The position numbers and the translations under genes were made by a program. Of a stretch of DNA of 64,000 nt, positions 28,957-43,104 are shown piece by piece (positions within the stretch are counted from its first letter, which is position 1; each line of letters opens with the position of its first letter). The DNA comes from Azolla caroliniana (lineage: Eukaryota > Plantae > Polypodiophyta): positions 2,666,001 through 2,730,000 of the forward strand of contig JBHGNT010000006.1 in the NCBI GenBank assembly GCA_043228905.1, in the 5' to 3' direction. The notes below the pieces were generated by a model. That model had not been told where the DNA came from. It searched no databases and worked only from the letters and a program-made list of their open reading frames with translations.

Positions 28957-31368
28957 TGTATCTTGATGTTGCAATGATGAGGATTCGAAGGTTAAAGTCT
29001 AAAACGCGCGATACTTCTATTAATGATTATGCATCAGGGAGCCAGCAGCTTTGTTACAGATGAAGAAGGTTGTCAAAGATCCTGTGCCAGTTATCAAACG
29101 CTTCAGTGGTGGGGGTACTGTCATCGTAGATCATGACACACTCTTTGTGACTTTCATCTGCACTCAAGGTGCTATCCAAGACCTTCCCCTATTTCCAAGA
29201 CCTATCGCAAGTTGGACGGAAAGATTTTACAAACCCGTTTTCAAGGATAACACAGAGTTTCAGCTACGAGAATCAGGTATCTATAACATTTGGATTTTAA
29301 GTGTGTTTATATAGAATGGTATTGTTTTCAAAGCCTCAATTACCAAACTAAACAAGGCTTGGAGAAGCTTTTTGCACAAGGAATCAGCAGCATAAGGCAT
29401 GGGTATAGAATTATACTTTGTGTATGTTATGTCCCCGTTATTCAAATTCTTCCTCGTTTCTCAAGATCATGTATATATATGTAGAGAATATAAGCTTCAA
29501 TATACTTGGCTGATAACAAAAATATCATGTACGATGAAAAAAGTAGATATAAAGTATATCAGTGGCTCTAAGAAGCCACCATAGACTACGAGAAGAAGAG
29601 TGTGAACTTGCCGATGCAGACACCAAATTGATGGAAAAATATAATGATTCTTTAGTTTCAATATCAGTTAGAAGTTTACAAATATGACGCTTTGGATCTG
29701 TATATATAAGTGATAAACCCATTTGACAACATTTAGAAAGAGGGATTGACAATCATATTTGAGCTTAATATTGCTTCAGGTTCTTATTGTTATAGCATAG
29801 AATTGTACACTGGACTTTTGGAAGAAAATCATGATTTCTCCCAGTTTTTCATTATTCTGAGCTTTCCAAGTTCCACCTTGAAGCTATGAATGCTATTTTT
29901 TCGCCACTTGCAAAAACATAATAGAGCTAATTATGCATAACTGTGTGGATGATGTAGAGGAGACCTGGCTTGCAAACTCATACAAACTATATCTCAGGTG
30001 ATATCCTATGGGTCAATATTGGCTTCTCTATGGACGATAAAAAATATCTACCTATCTATCTATCATATACTAATGTTTTTCATCATGTGCAATATACATA
30101 TACATATTTGGTAGATAGAGCAGGGGCTGTTTTTGGCACTTGGAGAATCTTGTACAAGCATCATTTCTGGCTTGGAAAATCATTTACCGGGGGTTTTTCT
30201 GACATTATAGGTTTAGTGTCCAGGTGTAACTTGGTTCATTTTTTAACTTAACTCCTGTGGTTTGCATTTCTGATCATTTTAAAGTTTTTTATTCATTTGC
30301 ATGTGATGGTCTGAACATGCACTTTTTTATTCTGTTGGCAGATTATGTTCTTGGAGAGCGTAAATTTGGTGGTAGTGCACAGTCTATTACTAAAGACAGG
30401 TGGCTTCATCACACATCATTCCTCTGGGATTATCATATGCCAAGAATGGCATATTTGAAGATTCCAAAGAGAGCACCAGAATACAGAGCTGTGAGTCAGA
30501 CATGTTGTTTAGATAGTTAATTGTCCCTATCCTCTTTTGTGTATAAGGAAGTGATCTGTTTTAGTTACAAGGAATCGTTTTCCGCCGCTGCATTTGTTTA
30601 AGACAATAATAACAACTTGAACAATACCTGAGCATAGACATTGTCAGTCTTATAGTTATCCTGTGAACATAGAGAGGATGGACATATATGCTTTTCTGAT
30701 TGTATTTCACAACTTTCAAGTTCCATCGCAGTATGTTATCTACTTATTTTTCAAGATCTTTCCTCTGAAAATTGGAAATTGCCCCCATAAAGCATAATTT
30801 ACAAATGCTCACATCATATTTTCCCATTTGTCCAAACTAATTGATCATATAATGCATGTAGACTTTCAATGCCAGTAGATGCTGGCAGGGTTACTCTCTG
30901 GGACAAGGGTTCATCTTGATGGTGCACATGCTTTATTCTTTCAAGAGTGTTTAATAAATCTTAAATTATACAGACTGATTATAACGAAATTTGATATTCC
31001 TCAAGTATTTTTCAAATGACCAAAAATAACGTAAAGTATGTTTTAGACACAACACCTTGTGCTTAGTTTTCAAGCATATATTCTCATATTTTGGGTGATT
31101 AAAATCTTCATCGTATTTTTGAGGAGTTCGTAAATTATTTTTCATTGTGTTTCAGGGTCGCACGCATGAGGATTTCATTTGTAAGCTTAAAGATCATTAC
31201 CCCTCGAGGAGCCTGTTTCTTGACAACATCAAAATAGCACTTCTCCAATATTTTGAAGTACGAAATGTTTCATTAGATGAGATCTCTTCTACTGACCATC
31301 AACCACGAACAAAATTGTTCACTCATGATGAGCTATGTGCTATCATGGAGAAGGTGTTGTGTGATTAA
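28357..31368 (+). CDS. Lipoate-protein ligase A-like (BPL/LplA/LipB family), ~257 aa, 4 exons
   Basis: Exons 28357-28529, 29038-29276, 30342-30490 and 31156-31368 total 774 nt. Translation includes PILDQLRLEECLLR, NWCIVNDG.QPPAIVMGISG, VIKRFSGGGTVIVD, DYVLGERKFGGSAQ, RWLHHTSFLWDY and APEYRAGRTHEDF. TATA-like TATATAAA at ~28292. Confidence 0.92.
29540..30064 (+). mobile_element. Degenerate second copy of the 23.7-kb LINE family in lipoate-ligase intron 2
   Basis: 3' end CCTATGGGTCAATATTGGCTTCTCTATGGACGATAAAAA plus a (TATC)n tail matches 24254-24290. Upstream patches (CTAAGAAG...TAGACTAC, CCACCTTGAAG, AGGAGAC) are collinear with that copy. Confidence 0.65.
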
Positions 31369-32198
31369 AGTCGTTGCTTGTATACAAGTAAAATACATTA
31401 AAATCAACTTTCAGACGTTCCAATTGAACATGATGCAATCATTCTCCAAATTACTCCCCCCCCCCCCCCCCTCCCCCCAAGAAAAATAAATAATAATAAT
31501 AATAACTGCATCACATTTTTTTAAGCCTCATGACTATCATTTGTCAAATGTACTATTTGCCAATTATACAAATATGAAGACTTCATTGTTTTGGATATAC
31601 CCATTTACCAAAGACTCTGATATCATCATTGTTTTGTACAAAAACGAAAGCAGAGTGTATTTTGTGGATCCAGAATGTATGTATTTCTGATGGGAAGAAA
31701 ATGGATTTATTCAACAAATGTAAAGTGGAACATATATTTATTGTTGGGCAGTTCTGATAGGATTGGTGTAAGTATAGAAACATCAGTTAGGCTTAGCTTT
31801 CTAAATATTTTGTGTGATAAAGTTCTCTACTATGGTACAATGTTAAAAATTCATGGCAACAACCATTAGAGCCAATGGGTGAGCTCAATTTGAAGGATGG
31901 TATGGAAGTTGCAAGTAGGTGTCAATTGGAAGTACCAAATAGTCTTTGAGCCCATGGTTTCGAAGATTGATTAATGAGAACCAATGGAATCTTGATGATA
32001 TCTGAAGTGAGATGCACACATTGTCATTATTATTTTCTTCCTTATAAAAAACTACACTACTCCCATGTGGCTTATCAAGCCCAACCACTTCTAAGCACAA
32101 ACTCAACGATTCAATATACCAACCCATTGATGGCTAGGACAAGTGTTGAGGTATAGGAATGCGGCATGCCTAATAGAATAAGTCAAAATTGGGAATGG

Positions 32199-32534
32199 AA
32201 ACTTTATTTTTATTGCTTGATTAGTTATCTAGTTTGGCGTCACTTGAGACTACTTATGCATTTGGTGGCTACGTAGATCTATTTAAGTGTGCCCTATCTA
32301 ATCCCAACTAGAGGTATCATTGTATTATTTAGTTATGTCATTATTTTGAATGTGAGTGTTTAGGGTAGTGAAAACTTTATTTTTATTGCTTGATTAGTTA
32401 TCTAGTTTGGCATCACTTGAGACTACTTATGCATTTGGTGGCTACGTAGATCTATTTAAGTGTGCCCTATCTAATCCCAACTAGAGGTATCATTGTATTA
32501 TTTGGTTATGTCTTTATTTTGAATGTGAGTGTTT
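32199..32534. repeat. Tandem duplication, 2 x ~173 bp, near identical
   Basis: AAACTTTATTTTTATTGCTTGATTAG...GAATGTGAGTGTTT starts at 32199 and again at 32372. Confidence 0.9.
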
Positions 32535-35264
32535 TTTTTCCAAAAAAAAATCCTTCCATTAGTTATAAATAACAAATGAGAGTGTTATATACAAATCCTT
32601 GTAGGGACGTGATAGTTCCATCTTATGTGGATGCCCACTGACTCAAGAAACAAAAAGGACGACCATTGTTGGATGAAAGCTAGTCATTGTCTTTCAACTC
32701 CATCGGATCCGCCTGTGAGGCCATCGTATTGGCTCTTTAGAGTGGCTACAACTTCACTCCATATTTATTGCATTAACATTACGGGATGCACTGTTTGGTT
32801 GGAGAAGACCGATCTACACTGCTTTTTCCATTGAATCCAAAGATTTATTAGGCTGACCAATTCCAACACACCTTGAGATTTGACATTAATAGGAGTTGAG
32901 TGGATATTGTCGATCGTGGGAAAAAAACCTATTGTGCTTTTTTCACCAAAGTCATCCCCTCCTCTTGATGTTCGTACCTATCAACTGGGGGATGCCATGA
33001 TAACCAACATACATTTCCCCACTTGATTGTGCCTTGCACCTGGAATAATTGCAATAGGCAGCCAACCCCCCACCATATTCGATGGGTCTCTGGGCATTCT
33101 CATAGATAGTGTCAAATTGATTCTATTGCATTTGGGCACGCCACACAATTAAGAGAGCTAAGTTCCCACGTTGCCACACTCCAACCGGTAGTGATTCATG
33201 TGTTAATAGCCATTGAAACATGGTAATTCACCTAGCATGTTGTTTCCAGAGTTTCTGCCAAAACTTAGTGATAATTGTATGAGGAACATGATATGTGTGT
33301 CATACCTTTGCAACAGTCATCTCTTGGGTGGTTTGAGCAGTTAGAATGTAGCGATCCAATCTAGTCGTGAATTGGAAGATAGGGATGGCTTTGCTTCCTT
33401 GACCCACATAAGGATCGCACCACATCCATCGCAAAGGGTCCCAACTAACCTTATGTAGCCATGTGTTTTCATGACTATATATGTGTCATTTTGGTCATAC
33501 TTTGATCGGATCAAGATCTATAGTCCATTTATGACTAGTATATGCAAGTACTCGAATTGCCATATTCAATGTTGGCTCATTGTCTCACAATTCATGGCTT
33601 TCGATCTTGTCCGATGTTTCCCTACCTCTTGGGATCAAAGAATGATTTCTTGAAGTCATATAAGTCATTCTCAATATTGTTTTCAACTCATGTTTCGAAA
33701 AGCGATATGCAATGATGTAGCATATTAGTGTTTCGAACTAAATATATGAAGAAAGCATAAACTTTACCGCTCCATCAAAATACATATTTGAGATTACGAT
33801 AATATGGTAAGCACATGAATTTACAAGCAATAAGATAATGGATAGAATTGATGGCAAGTCTAAATTATCTTTCATTATGTACGAAGGCAATGCTTTTGTT
33901 TTTTCTACTACCACATGTAATGTCTTGTTAACCACCATCTTACACATAGTTGTTTTTCCAAAGACAACAAGAAACACATGTGAGGCATAAAAGTTTCACT
34001 TTTCAAATGTGAGGAATGCAAACCTAGATACGAAAGTAAATTTGTGTTATTTGTAATGCATTTTGTTGTATGCCTTACAAGTTTTGTTTTGAGTGGATGG
34101 TAAAAAAGATGTCAACATCACAATGCAATGATAGAACATTTAAAAGGCTACAAAGTGATGCTAATTATGTAGTGCAATCAGAAATGTCTCTCCCTTTTTT
34201 TCTATATCGTGACAACTAGATTAAAAATAATGCACGAAATCAAAACACTATGTGAATATATAGCTCTAAATTTATAGAATTCACAGAAATGTTTATGTGA
34301 GGAAACATATCCAACTCAAAGGCTAGCATAAAGCTAATCTTCCCTATATAAATCTTCACATTTTATAATTTTATTTCATTGATATTTTTTTAGTCCTCAA
34401 TTACATTGATTTCAAATGTGCTTCGTTAAAAGCATGGTTCAAGCCTTGTCTTCACATTATCGCAATTATGTTTGCATACTTATTGCCTTTCCCAATTTCA
34501 TGGATAAATAAATAGCTAATAGTAATGTTTGACATGCATAAACTAGGTTAAGAACAAATCACACTTGCTCTGTACGTGTGTTATAAAGAACAACCATAAA
34601 TTTTACGGCACATCTAGAAACATAGGAAATCCTCAACTACAAACTCCACAATTTATGATTCTTGTACCAACATGGGTCTATATTTTGTAGGACTTCGTAA
34701 GTTTGGGGTAGTTTCCGAAGAAAACATGGATGCATATCTTTTAATTTAATTTGCAATAACTACATTTTTTTCGACCAGAAGATATAACTAAAGAACTCAT
34801 GAAGATGTGACTTGATAGGCGGATAAGTGAACATGTGTTTTACAACATCAACTCCTCAAGACTAAGATATTGAGAAGAAAACAAAGAGGTGCTATCAATT
34901 ATTTTCATTTTATGGGGACCACATGAAACATGCTCAAGAATCAAACTTTGATGCTTTAGTAGGAAGGAATGCAACGTGTAGCATTGATGTAATATCTCTC
35001 TTATCTCTTATGATATTCTCTTGGGGGACAAAAAGTATTCACGCTCCATTTGGACTTGGTGTTTATGTCAATACTATCCATTAGCTTTAATGCTTATACT
35101 AATCACTATGTCAAAAAGAATATGTGTGCTTGTACATATGAGCGTGTGGGATCAAATGAGACAAATTACATGAAATTTACTAGTACATAATTAATGATAA
35201 ATGGGACTTATTTAATCAATAACTAAAATTTTCTCTCAATCATGCTCGCAGAAAGTTACAACTT

Positions 35265-35504
35265 AGAACGTAATATTCATTTGCTCATACATTAATTTTC
35301 ATATGTTTGCAAACAAATGCGTATGTTATGAAAATATACCTATGTTTTTTTTACGTTTTTATTTTATATTTTCTCACTTTTTTACCTTAGTAAATAATGA
35401 ATACAAAAATATGGTATTTACCTTCAAGGGTGTTTACCATACTCAGAATGATCGAAATATATTCGAATGTGAATGCACATATGGTACGTATGATTCATAC
35501 TATG
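35265..35504 (-). mobile_element. MITE-like element, same family as the 55367-59533 element (reverse orientation)
   Basis: 35464-35504 CGAATGTGAATGCACATATGGTACGTATGATTCATACTATGG is the near reverse complement of 55367-55408. Internal AATATGGTATTTA and AGGGTGTTT also match. The other end is degenerate. Confidence 0.65.
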
Positions 35505-37039
35505 GAACTTACAACTTCCAAGTAACGTGAATGAACAATAAAGTATGTTAATTAGATTATTTTTCTTTTACTTTGCAATAAGTTATGACACATTAATCTT
35601 GCATTAATAAGTTAGCTCTGATGAGAAAAGGGTGGTGATTTCATATGTTTTATTTTGATTTGAAAAAAGTGTAATGCTTGGAACGAATACAACTAAGTTT
35701 CTCTACATTATATCACTAGTTTGAATCATCATTCAATCTTTATGCTTGTGTTGAATGAGAAGTACGTGAAGTTTTGAGAGGGTGTTTTATTTAAGTTAAG
35801 AATTGAAGTTCTTAAAATGATTCCATGGATCATATTTCATGAAATTATTACACATTTTTTCTAAACTCCTTGATCATTTTCAAGAGGTATCATTTAACAT
35901 TATTTTATAGATCCTAGTCTTCATATTATTACACATGAAGTGGATATTAAGGTGTCTTGCATGCATGTTAAATGTGGTTATATAATATCTTATGAGTAGA
36001 TAATAGACAGCCAATTAACTAAGTTGGCGTCTTTATCACATCCTTGTTGTAAATATGTTAGTGCTATAGAACTTAACATTCTTGTTGCAAAAATGATGTA
36101 CAAAGTTGACTAAAAATGCACATGCAACTCCCATAAGTTTGACCCATAAGTAATGTTTGAGGAATAAAGGCCAACGTAATGGCTCTAGTAAATATAATCC
36201 TCGAGCCATATACAAATTGTTTTCACTTTATCATCTCTCTCGTGAGTCATACCCATTGTATTAGAGGCACAATTATAGTGTATAGTACATGTTCTTAAGA
36301 GAAATTGCTTTCATATTAATTGGGACATATAGATTTAATGGCTTTATGTTGACATGGACACAATATGAGGTTGAATAATCACAATCTTGAACATAATTTG
36401 TATCCTAGGTATTACTCTACCATCTATGTATTAGAAAGGTGTTTGAAGCAAGTTGCTCGTGGAAAATGGGGTAAAGTGATCACAATGCAAAGATGTCAAA
36501 GCAACATTTTCCATGGCTTATATCATGATTAAGAGCCCTACTACATTTGGGACGCATGATGCTTTGCGAGTAACAATAACACTCATTTGCTCATGATTTC
36601 ATTAATTCATTAGTGAAGATCTAGACTTCATCGATAAGAAGACATAATTTATTTGTCCATAATTCTTGATTTGTTGAGCACGAATTACCAATGCGATCAC
36701 TCAACCAATGTTCGAACAATGTTGGATTAATGAGTGACATATCTTCACGAATATTTCAAATATGATTATCATGATGGACTACTCGTGTTGAATAAATCCA
36801 TCACAATCATACATCTCAATAAGTATGTGCCCAAGGACACATTATGTTGAGAGAGGGCATCAACGAGGATCACTCACAACAAAGGTTCCATGAAAAGTTA
36901 TACAACTCTTACTTTGGTACGAACATCTTTCTTCCGATTAACACGGACCGACATACAATAGCATGAGTGATGGGAGAGGAACCAAGATGACAGGAAGAGT
37001 TCTAGTGAAATAACACATCATTATTCTGATTCAATTTCA

Positions 37040-37520
37040 GAGTGTCTATCGAATCGAAGACATTTTTTCCAGGCCATAAGACATTTCTGTGTTGCATAAA
37101 CATACAATCCATAGCCTTTGATGGAGAACTGGACACCAAAATCGCGTTATGATTCAGTTGTAAAGTGTCTATTGAATTGAAGACATTTTTTCCAGGTCAT
37201 AAGACATTTCCATGCTACACAAACATACAATCCAAGGCCTTTGGTAGACAACTGGACACCAAAACTGCGTTTTGATTCAGTTGTAGAGTGTCTATTGAAC
37301 CAAAGACATTTTTTCTAGGCCATAAGACATTTCCATGTTGCACAAAACGGAGAATCCAAGGCCTTTGGCATATGACCTGACATCAAAATCGCGTTATGAT
37401 TCTTGTTGTAGAGTGTCTATCGAATCAACGCCATTTTAACCAAGCCATAAGACATTTCCTTGCTCCACGAAGGGACAATCCAAGGCCTTTGGCGGACGAC
37501 CCAACACCAAAATTGTGAGG
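37040..37520. repeat. ~123-bp tandem repeat, 4 copies, immediately upstream of the PP2C core promoter
   Basis: AGTGTCTAT(C/T)GAA...AGACATTTTTTCCAGGCCATAAGACATTTC...AATCCAAGGCCTTTGG...CACCAAAA starts at ~37041, ~37164, ~37287 and ~37412. Confidence 0.85.
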
Positions 37521-37560
37521 TTAAATCGCCCGTGTTTCAATCCACAGAGATAGTAAGCTT

Positions 37561-37666
37561 CACGTGTCTCAGTGCAGGCGATTGTTCCAACATCAGGGGC
37601 CTCTTTAGCTTTTCATTTCCTTTGTCCGCCCATTGTTTCTCCATAGGTGTGAAACCGTCTATAAAA
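37561..37666 (+). promoter_or_regulatory. PP2C core promoter: ABRE/G-box and TATA box
   Basis: CACGTGTC at 37561-37568 and TATAAAA at 37660-37666, followed by a CT-rich tract. Clade-A PP2Cs are typically ABA-induced through ABREs. Confidence 0.5.
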
Positions 37667-38706
37667 TCTCTCTAGTCTCTGTCTCTGTCTCTCTTCCGCC
37701 ATAGCCAAATCTTCCCATCTCTCTTATTTAGAAATACACAGATCTAATGGCGACTCTGTTCCGCGCAGATGAAACGCTAATTGAGAGCTGCTTCGTCAAA
37801 CCTTGATTGGAAACTGTTCCTTTTGGAAGTTGTTTCTTTCGATCGGATGTAAACCCATAGGGGAACTGTTTCTTTAGCATGTCTGGAACTCTAAAGCACA
37901 TCTGTTTAAACATTCTGATCATGTGGAAACCCTCCAAGGAATCTGTTCTCTTCGATCACATGAAATCTTAAAAGACAGCCGATTCTTTAGAGAAGATGCA
38001 ACCCTAAAAGAAAACTGTTTCCTTTGAAGGATGCAACCCTAAAGGATGCTTTTGCTTTTGAGCAAATAAACACTACAAAGAACATCCATTGCTTTTGGAG
38101 AGATGAAACCCTAAAAGGAAGCCTTGTCTTTGGAAACAAATGGAACTTTAAAGATGACGTCTAGTTCTTGTGAAGAGATCAAGGCTAAGCAATAGGAACT
38201 GGTTTCTACTACTGGGGGTTTCCAATCCTGGAAAGACAGGAGCTTCCCTATTTCATAATATCATCATGTAATGAGAGAAGTGTGTCCTGCGTTTTCGTCC
38301 TTACAGATCTGTTTACTGTATACTCTAATGTCAATAAATTTAGTATCATAACAAAGGAATTTGATCAATATCAAAAGATGAACTAGATCACGTTTAATAT
38401 CAGAAGAAGTCCCAGGAGGAGGAGAATTCTGATCAGGAAACTGTGACCAAAATTTGATATAAAAAAGGATTAAGGTGAAACATTGATAAATTTTGTTATC
38501 AAAAGAAGAAGCAGCTCAACTTTGGTACTGGATGAAGAAGTAATGTGAAATTGTGATCAGAAGAAGAATTAGAGAAGAATTATGAGCTAATTTAGTGTCA
38601 GAAGAAGAAGAATCAGAGGGAAGTTGTGATCAAATTCAGTGTCAGAAGGAGAACTTGTGGGAAATTGTGGTATTAGAAGAAGAAGAAGAAGAAGTAAAGA
38701 GGGGAT

Positions 38707-40891
38707 ATGCTCAGGCCCCGGAATTCACACCCAGGCATACATAAGCGTCCTCATGGGAATCTCTTTCCCACTCATGAAGACGAAAAGTCATGTCATGGGA
38801 CGGCTAAAACACCTCATCTACTTACCAATTGTGATAGCATAAATGATGCAAGTAATCCTTCAGGTAGCCACACAGTGAAGGTGCCTGAGTTGATCAGATC
38901 TCAATCCTTCCCTCCACAACGACGGTGCTGTATTCGATATGTTCTCAATGTCCAGGATGTTGTGGATCAGAAACATGTGAATGAACAAAATTGTAGCTCA
39001 AATCTGAAGTCTGATTTGAACTCTCTTGCTGCTTATAATATAATGGATATTACTACACAAATTGATCCTCCCATTGTTGTAGAGGAAATGATTGGCGTTG
39101 AGATTGAGAAGACGCCCATTGTAAAGCTTCCGCTTGTAGTGCTGGAGGAGAATTCAGTGAAAGTGATTTCACATGATGTTATGGATCCCTCATTGGATGC
39201 AGTACCTTTGGCACTCAATATAGTGGATAAAGCACCAGTAAATTCAGTGACTAACCCACTGCCAGCCCTAGATTCTTCTTCTTGTGGACGAAATCCAACA
39301 GCTTTTCCGAAAATGCCTCCAAGTGGGAAGCTACTGTTTTGTGGCCGAAGGAGAGAAATGGAGGATACTGCATCTATTATAACACCTTTTATTAACCTCC
39401 GATGTAGGGTCAGTGGAGAATGCAAGTCTGAAACTGATCCGCAATGGCAACTGCCTTCAGACTTTCACTTCTTTGGTGTATATGACGGCCATGGTGGTTC
39501 ACAAGTAAGTTCTTTCTTCAGGTCTTTCATTTTTTTCTCTAAGTTCTTTCCTTGTCTTTCATTTGCTCATGCCAGTTTTTTCTTCCCATCTTCCATTTGC
39601 TCATTATGTGTGGGAGTTTTCTAATAGTCTCCGTATTATTTTACCATCATAATTTCTTATATAATTATAGTGTCCGGAACTTTTCTTTGCTTATCCGCTA
39701 AGATTGTCCATATCCATGAAGTAACAGGAACTTGTAAGAAAACCAAACAAACTATATGAATACTGTAAAACGTTTATGTATTTGTGTGAGACCTTTCACT
39801 ACTTTTTCTAACTGGCATATACTCATGAGCAAATGGTGTTGAGTTGATGGAATCATGGTATGCATCGCAGGCGTCACTTTATTGCAGGGAAAGGTTTCAT
39901 GATCTCCTTGCAGGTGAGGTTGAGAAAGCCTTTAATGTAGGAGATGCGCACCTTGTTCAATCTACGGATGAGTGGAACATGAAATGGGATGAGGTGATGA
40001 AAGCTACTTTTATGATGGCGGACAAGGAGGTTGGAGGAATATGCCCAAATGGGATTAGGGATGAGGATGATACAATGGATAGTGGGTGCTTGTGCTGTGT
40101 GGATGCGATTGCACCTGAAAATGTCGGTACAACTGCTGTTGTGGCAGTTATCGGTTCCGGTCAGATTATTGTTGCAAACTGTGGGGACTCCCGAGCAGTC
40201 CTTGCACGAGGGAACACGGCCATACCCATGTCAAGAGATCATAAGGTATATATACTTTTAGTTTGGATATATATGCTTCGTGGTTCCTTCTTTTGAAGCT
40301 TTATATTTTCTGGTTTCGTTTATCTGTTTTGTTTGTTCACTTTTCATCTTCTCTATTTTTACTTCAATCTCCGGTTCGTCATGTTTCAAAGCCTGAGATA
40401 GAAGAAGAGACTCGTCGCATTGAAGATGCAGGAGGACGGGTTATACGCTGGGATGGCTACAGAGTAGGTGGTCTTCTTGCTCTCTCAAGAGCAATAGGTT
40501 CGTGCCATTAGCTGCTGCTTCTCCATGAGTTCAGACTTTGTTTTATGATTTAGTGTTTGATTCTTATTTTTTCACAGGAGATCGCTATCTCAAACGCTAT
40601 GTTATCTCTGAACCAGAGGTGAGATGCATTGAGAGAATGTCGGATGATGAATGCTTGATTCTGGCTACTGATGGTTTGTGGGATGTTGTTGACAATGAAT
40701 TCGCTTGCGAAGTAGCCCGAAAATGTTTGTTTTCTCTACGGAAGAAATATAAATCCCGGCCATCACCCCCTGGGGAAGACCCTGCGGCTGCAGCTGCTGC
40801 TGCATTGCTAGTTAAGCTGGCTTATGGTAGGGGAAGCAAAGATAATATTAGTGTGGTTGTAGTTGATTTAAAAGCTAGATCCTGTGGTTAG
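38707..40891 (+). CDS. Protein phosphatase 2C, clade A (ABI1/HAB-like), ~530 aa, 4 exons
   Basis: Exons 38707-39504, 39871-40245, 40392-40497 and 40578-40891 total 1593 nt. Motifs [64 protein letters not shown] (with the Trp used for ABA-receptor locking), [24 protein letters not shown] and [13 protein letters not shown]. Confidence 0.93.
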
Positions 40892-43104
40892 GACTAGGTC
40901 TAGCAAAGCCTGATGTGTAAGCTATGCTTGATTCTCAGCACCATGTGTTCAGGTCTTGTAGTTTGTTTCTATTTCTTTCAGTTTTGAGTGTTTGCATTGG
41001 TTATGCAACTCAATCTTGAGAAGTTACATAGTTATATATCTCTATATATACATAAGAGGTTAGAAGGAAAGGATATGATATTATGGCACAACCACCTTGA
41101 TGGCGTCTTGTCATTAATGTCAAAAAGATGAAGCTTAGGATTATGTTGATCAAGTTAGAATGAAATTTAAGGTGATTCATTTGGTCTTAAATTCTAAAAT
41201 CATATGATTTGACAATTATAAACAGTCGGAATATATAATCCAAGATTTTTTACCAATTGTATTTTAGTATCAGTCCTATTTCTGTCATGGAAAATGACAT
41301 GATGTGGTATCTTCTACTCTTTATCTAGGAGGGTAGTGGGAGGATTATTACAAGAAACAAGATTTTTTGTCGGCTAATTGTGACTGAAGAAAAGCTTTAT
41401 TAAAATTTAATAGCTGGAACTTACTCAATTGGATTATCTTTTGTCGTGTATTAAAGGAAACAGTTTTTCATGTTGTGCCAATTTGCCTATAAAAGGAAGC
41501 TGAGGTTTTAGTGATTTATCCAAGTCTTCTTATTGTTACCTTCAGGGAAGGCATGCAAGGTTTTTGCCATTTCAATGTACTCAAAAAGGAAAATAGTTTT
41601 TATTCTTGAACTGGTTGCTGCCATTTGTGCAGCCAAACCCCCTCTATTGATGGACGGAGAATCCAACCTTAGCTTTAGTGTTGGTCTGAGTTGCATTATT
41701 GAAGGAAATTATAGGCATACTTTACTGAAGATCTACTATGTAACCCTGTGATTATAACTGTAAAACGGCCTCAAATTCAAGGATATATATCTTGAAGGCA
41801 GCCTTATGTTTTGAGGCCCTCTCATACATTTTACCTGATTAATGTGCAATGGTTTGCCCTCTTACAACAAAAAATATGTAGTGAACAACTTCTCTTCTCG
41901 TGTCAACACTGTCAAAAATTATATTTGTGTGTAATGTGACTCATAGGTATTGGCTCCCACTAGTACCTTCAGAATATGCATGTTCCATACCACATCATCA
42001 TTAGATCAATTGCCTTACGTAGAAGATGTACTTAAACTCAAAAGTAGTCAATGAATATCATTGCATCTAAGAGCCAAGGGTTAGTATATTAGTCAAAATC
42101 TGACTCAGTTTTTGTATTGTGAAAAGCCCATTTAGACACACTTGATGGTTTTCTCATTGATTGCAATTTTGACATTGATGTGGGTTGGTATTGTATCCTT
42201 GATTTTAGTATCTAGTAGTATGCATAATCGATCAATCCCTTGACCTTCAATTGTGATTGTCACAAACAATATTCTATAAACGTTTTGAGTTGTCACATGG
42301 TTAATCCTTCTTCAATGTAACTGTTACCTTGTATTGTACACATCCCTAGACATACAATTATTTTTGGGTAATGCAATATTATTGGTTGGAAGTCTTGATT
42401 TGATGTGAAACTCACAAAAATTAAAGAATGTAAAAAACTTCAATGCTCAAAATAAAGCTAAAATATTTGTAGAGGGAACTTGGAAGAGAGATTTCTACGA
42501 TTCAGATGCAATCATAGAGAGATTGTCTTAAAGAAAACATTGAGAAACAAAAGTCAACAATATACGTGGTTGATATTAGGTACCACATGGTTTCACGTTA
42601 TCAATCAAATAGTGCACCGTAATAATCCTCCAACTCAGGATCAACACTGGTCATTAATGTCAAATCCTATCACTACATGTAGTTCTTCTTTAGGCTCTTC
42701 GCTAACATAGTCACCTAGTAAGTATGATCTCCTAACCCTTGTATTATCTAGGCGAATATGAAAGTTTCTTGATAAGTTGACAAGGAGTTGGTTTCACATA
42801 CATCTAATCAAACATGTTGGTAGGATTGCCAAAGTATAACGATACTTTGGGGAGAGGACAACAATTGTTGCCGCTCGACCATTTGGCACTCAGTAATCCC
42901 CTAAATGGTATTCTCGAGTGCCATTTTGCTCTCATTCAATCTCTCCTAGATTTAGATCTAGATCCAAGCCAAATTGTCCAACACCCATTAACGAGCCTCG
43001 GATAGGTTCGTGATAAAATGCAAGCAAGTTTCTTAGCAGACCCCAGTCCAACGGGACGAGTATTGGTCTCATAAGCAGACTGATGCTGATGCATGCCCCG
43101 CAAA

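Noticed and set aside
32600-36950. Long gene-free stretch that looks like decayed TE sequence
   Set aside because: No diagnostic protein motif or termini could be read apart from the MITE at 35.3-35.5 kb, so it is left unannotated.
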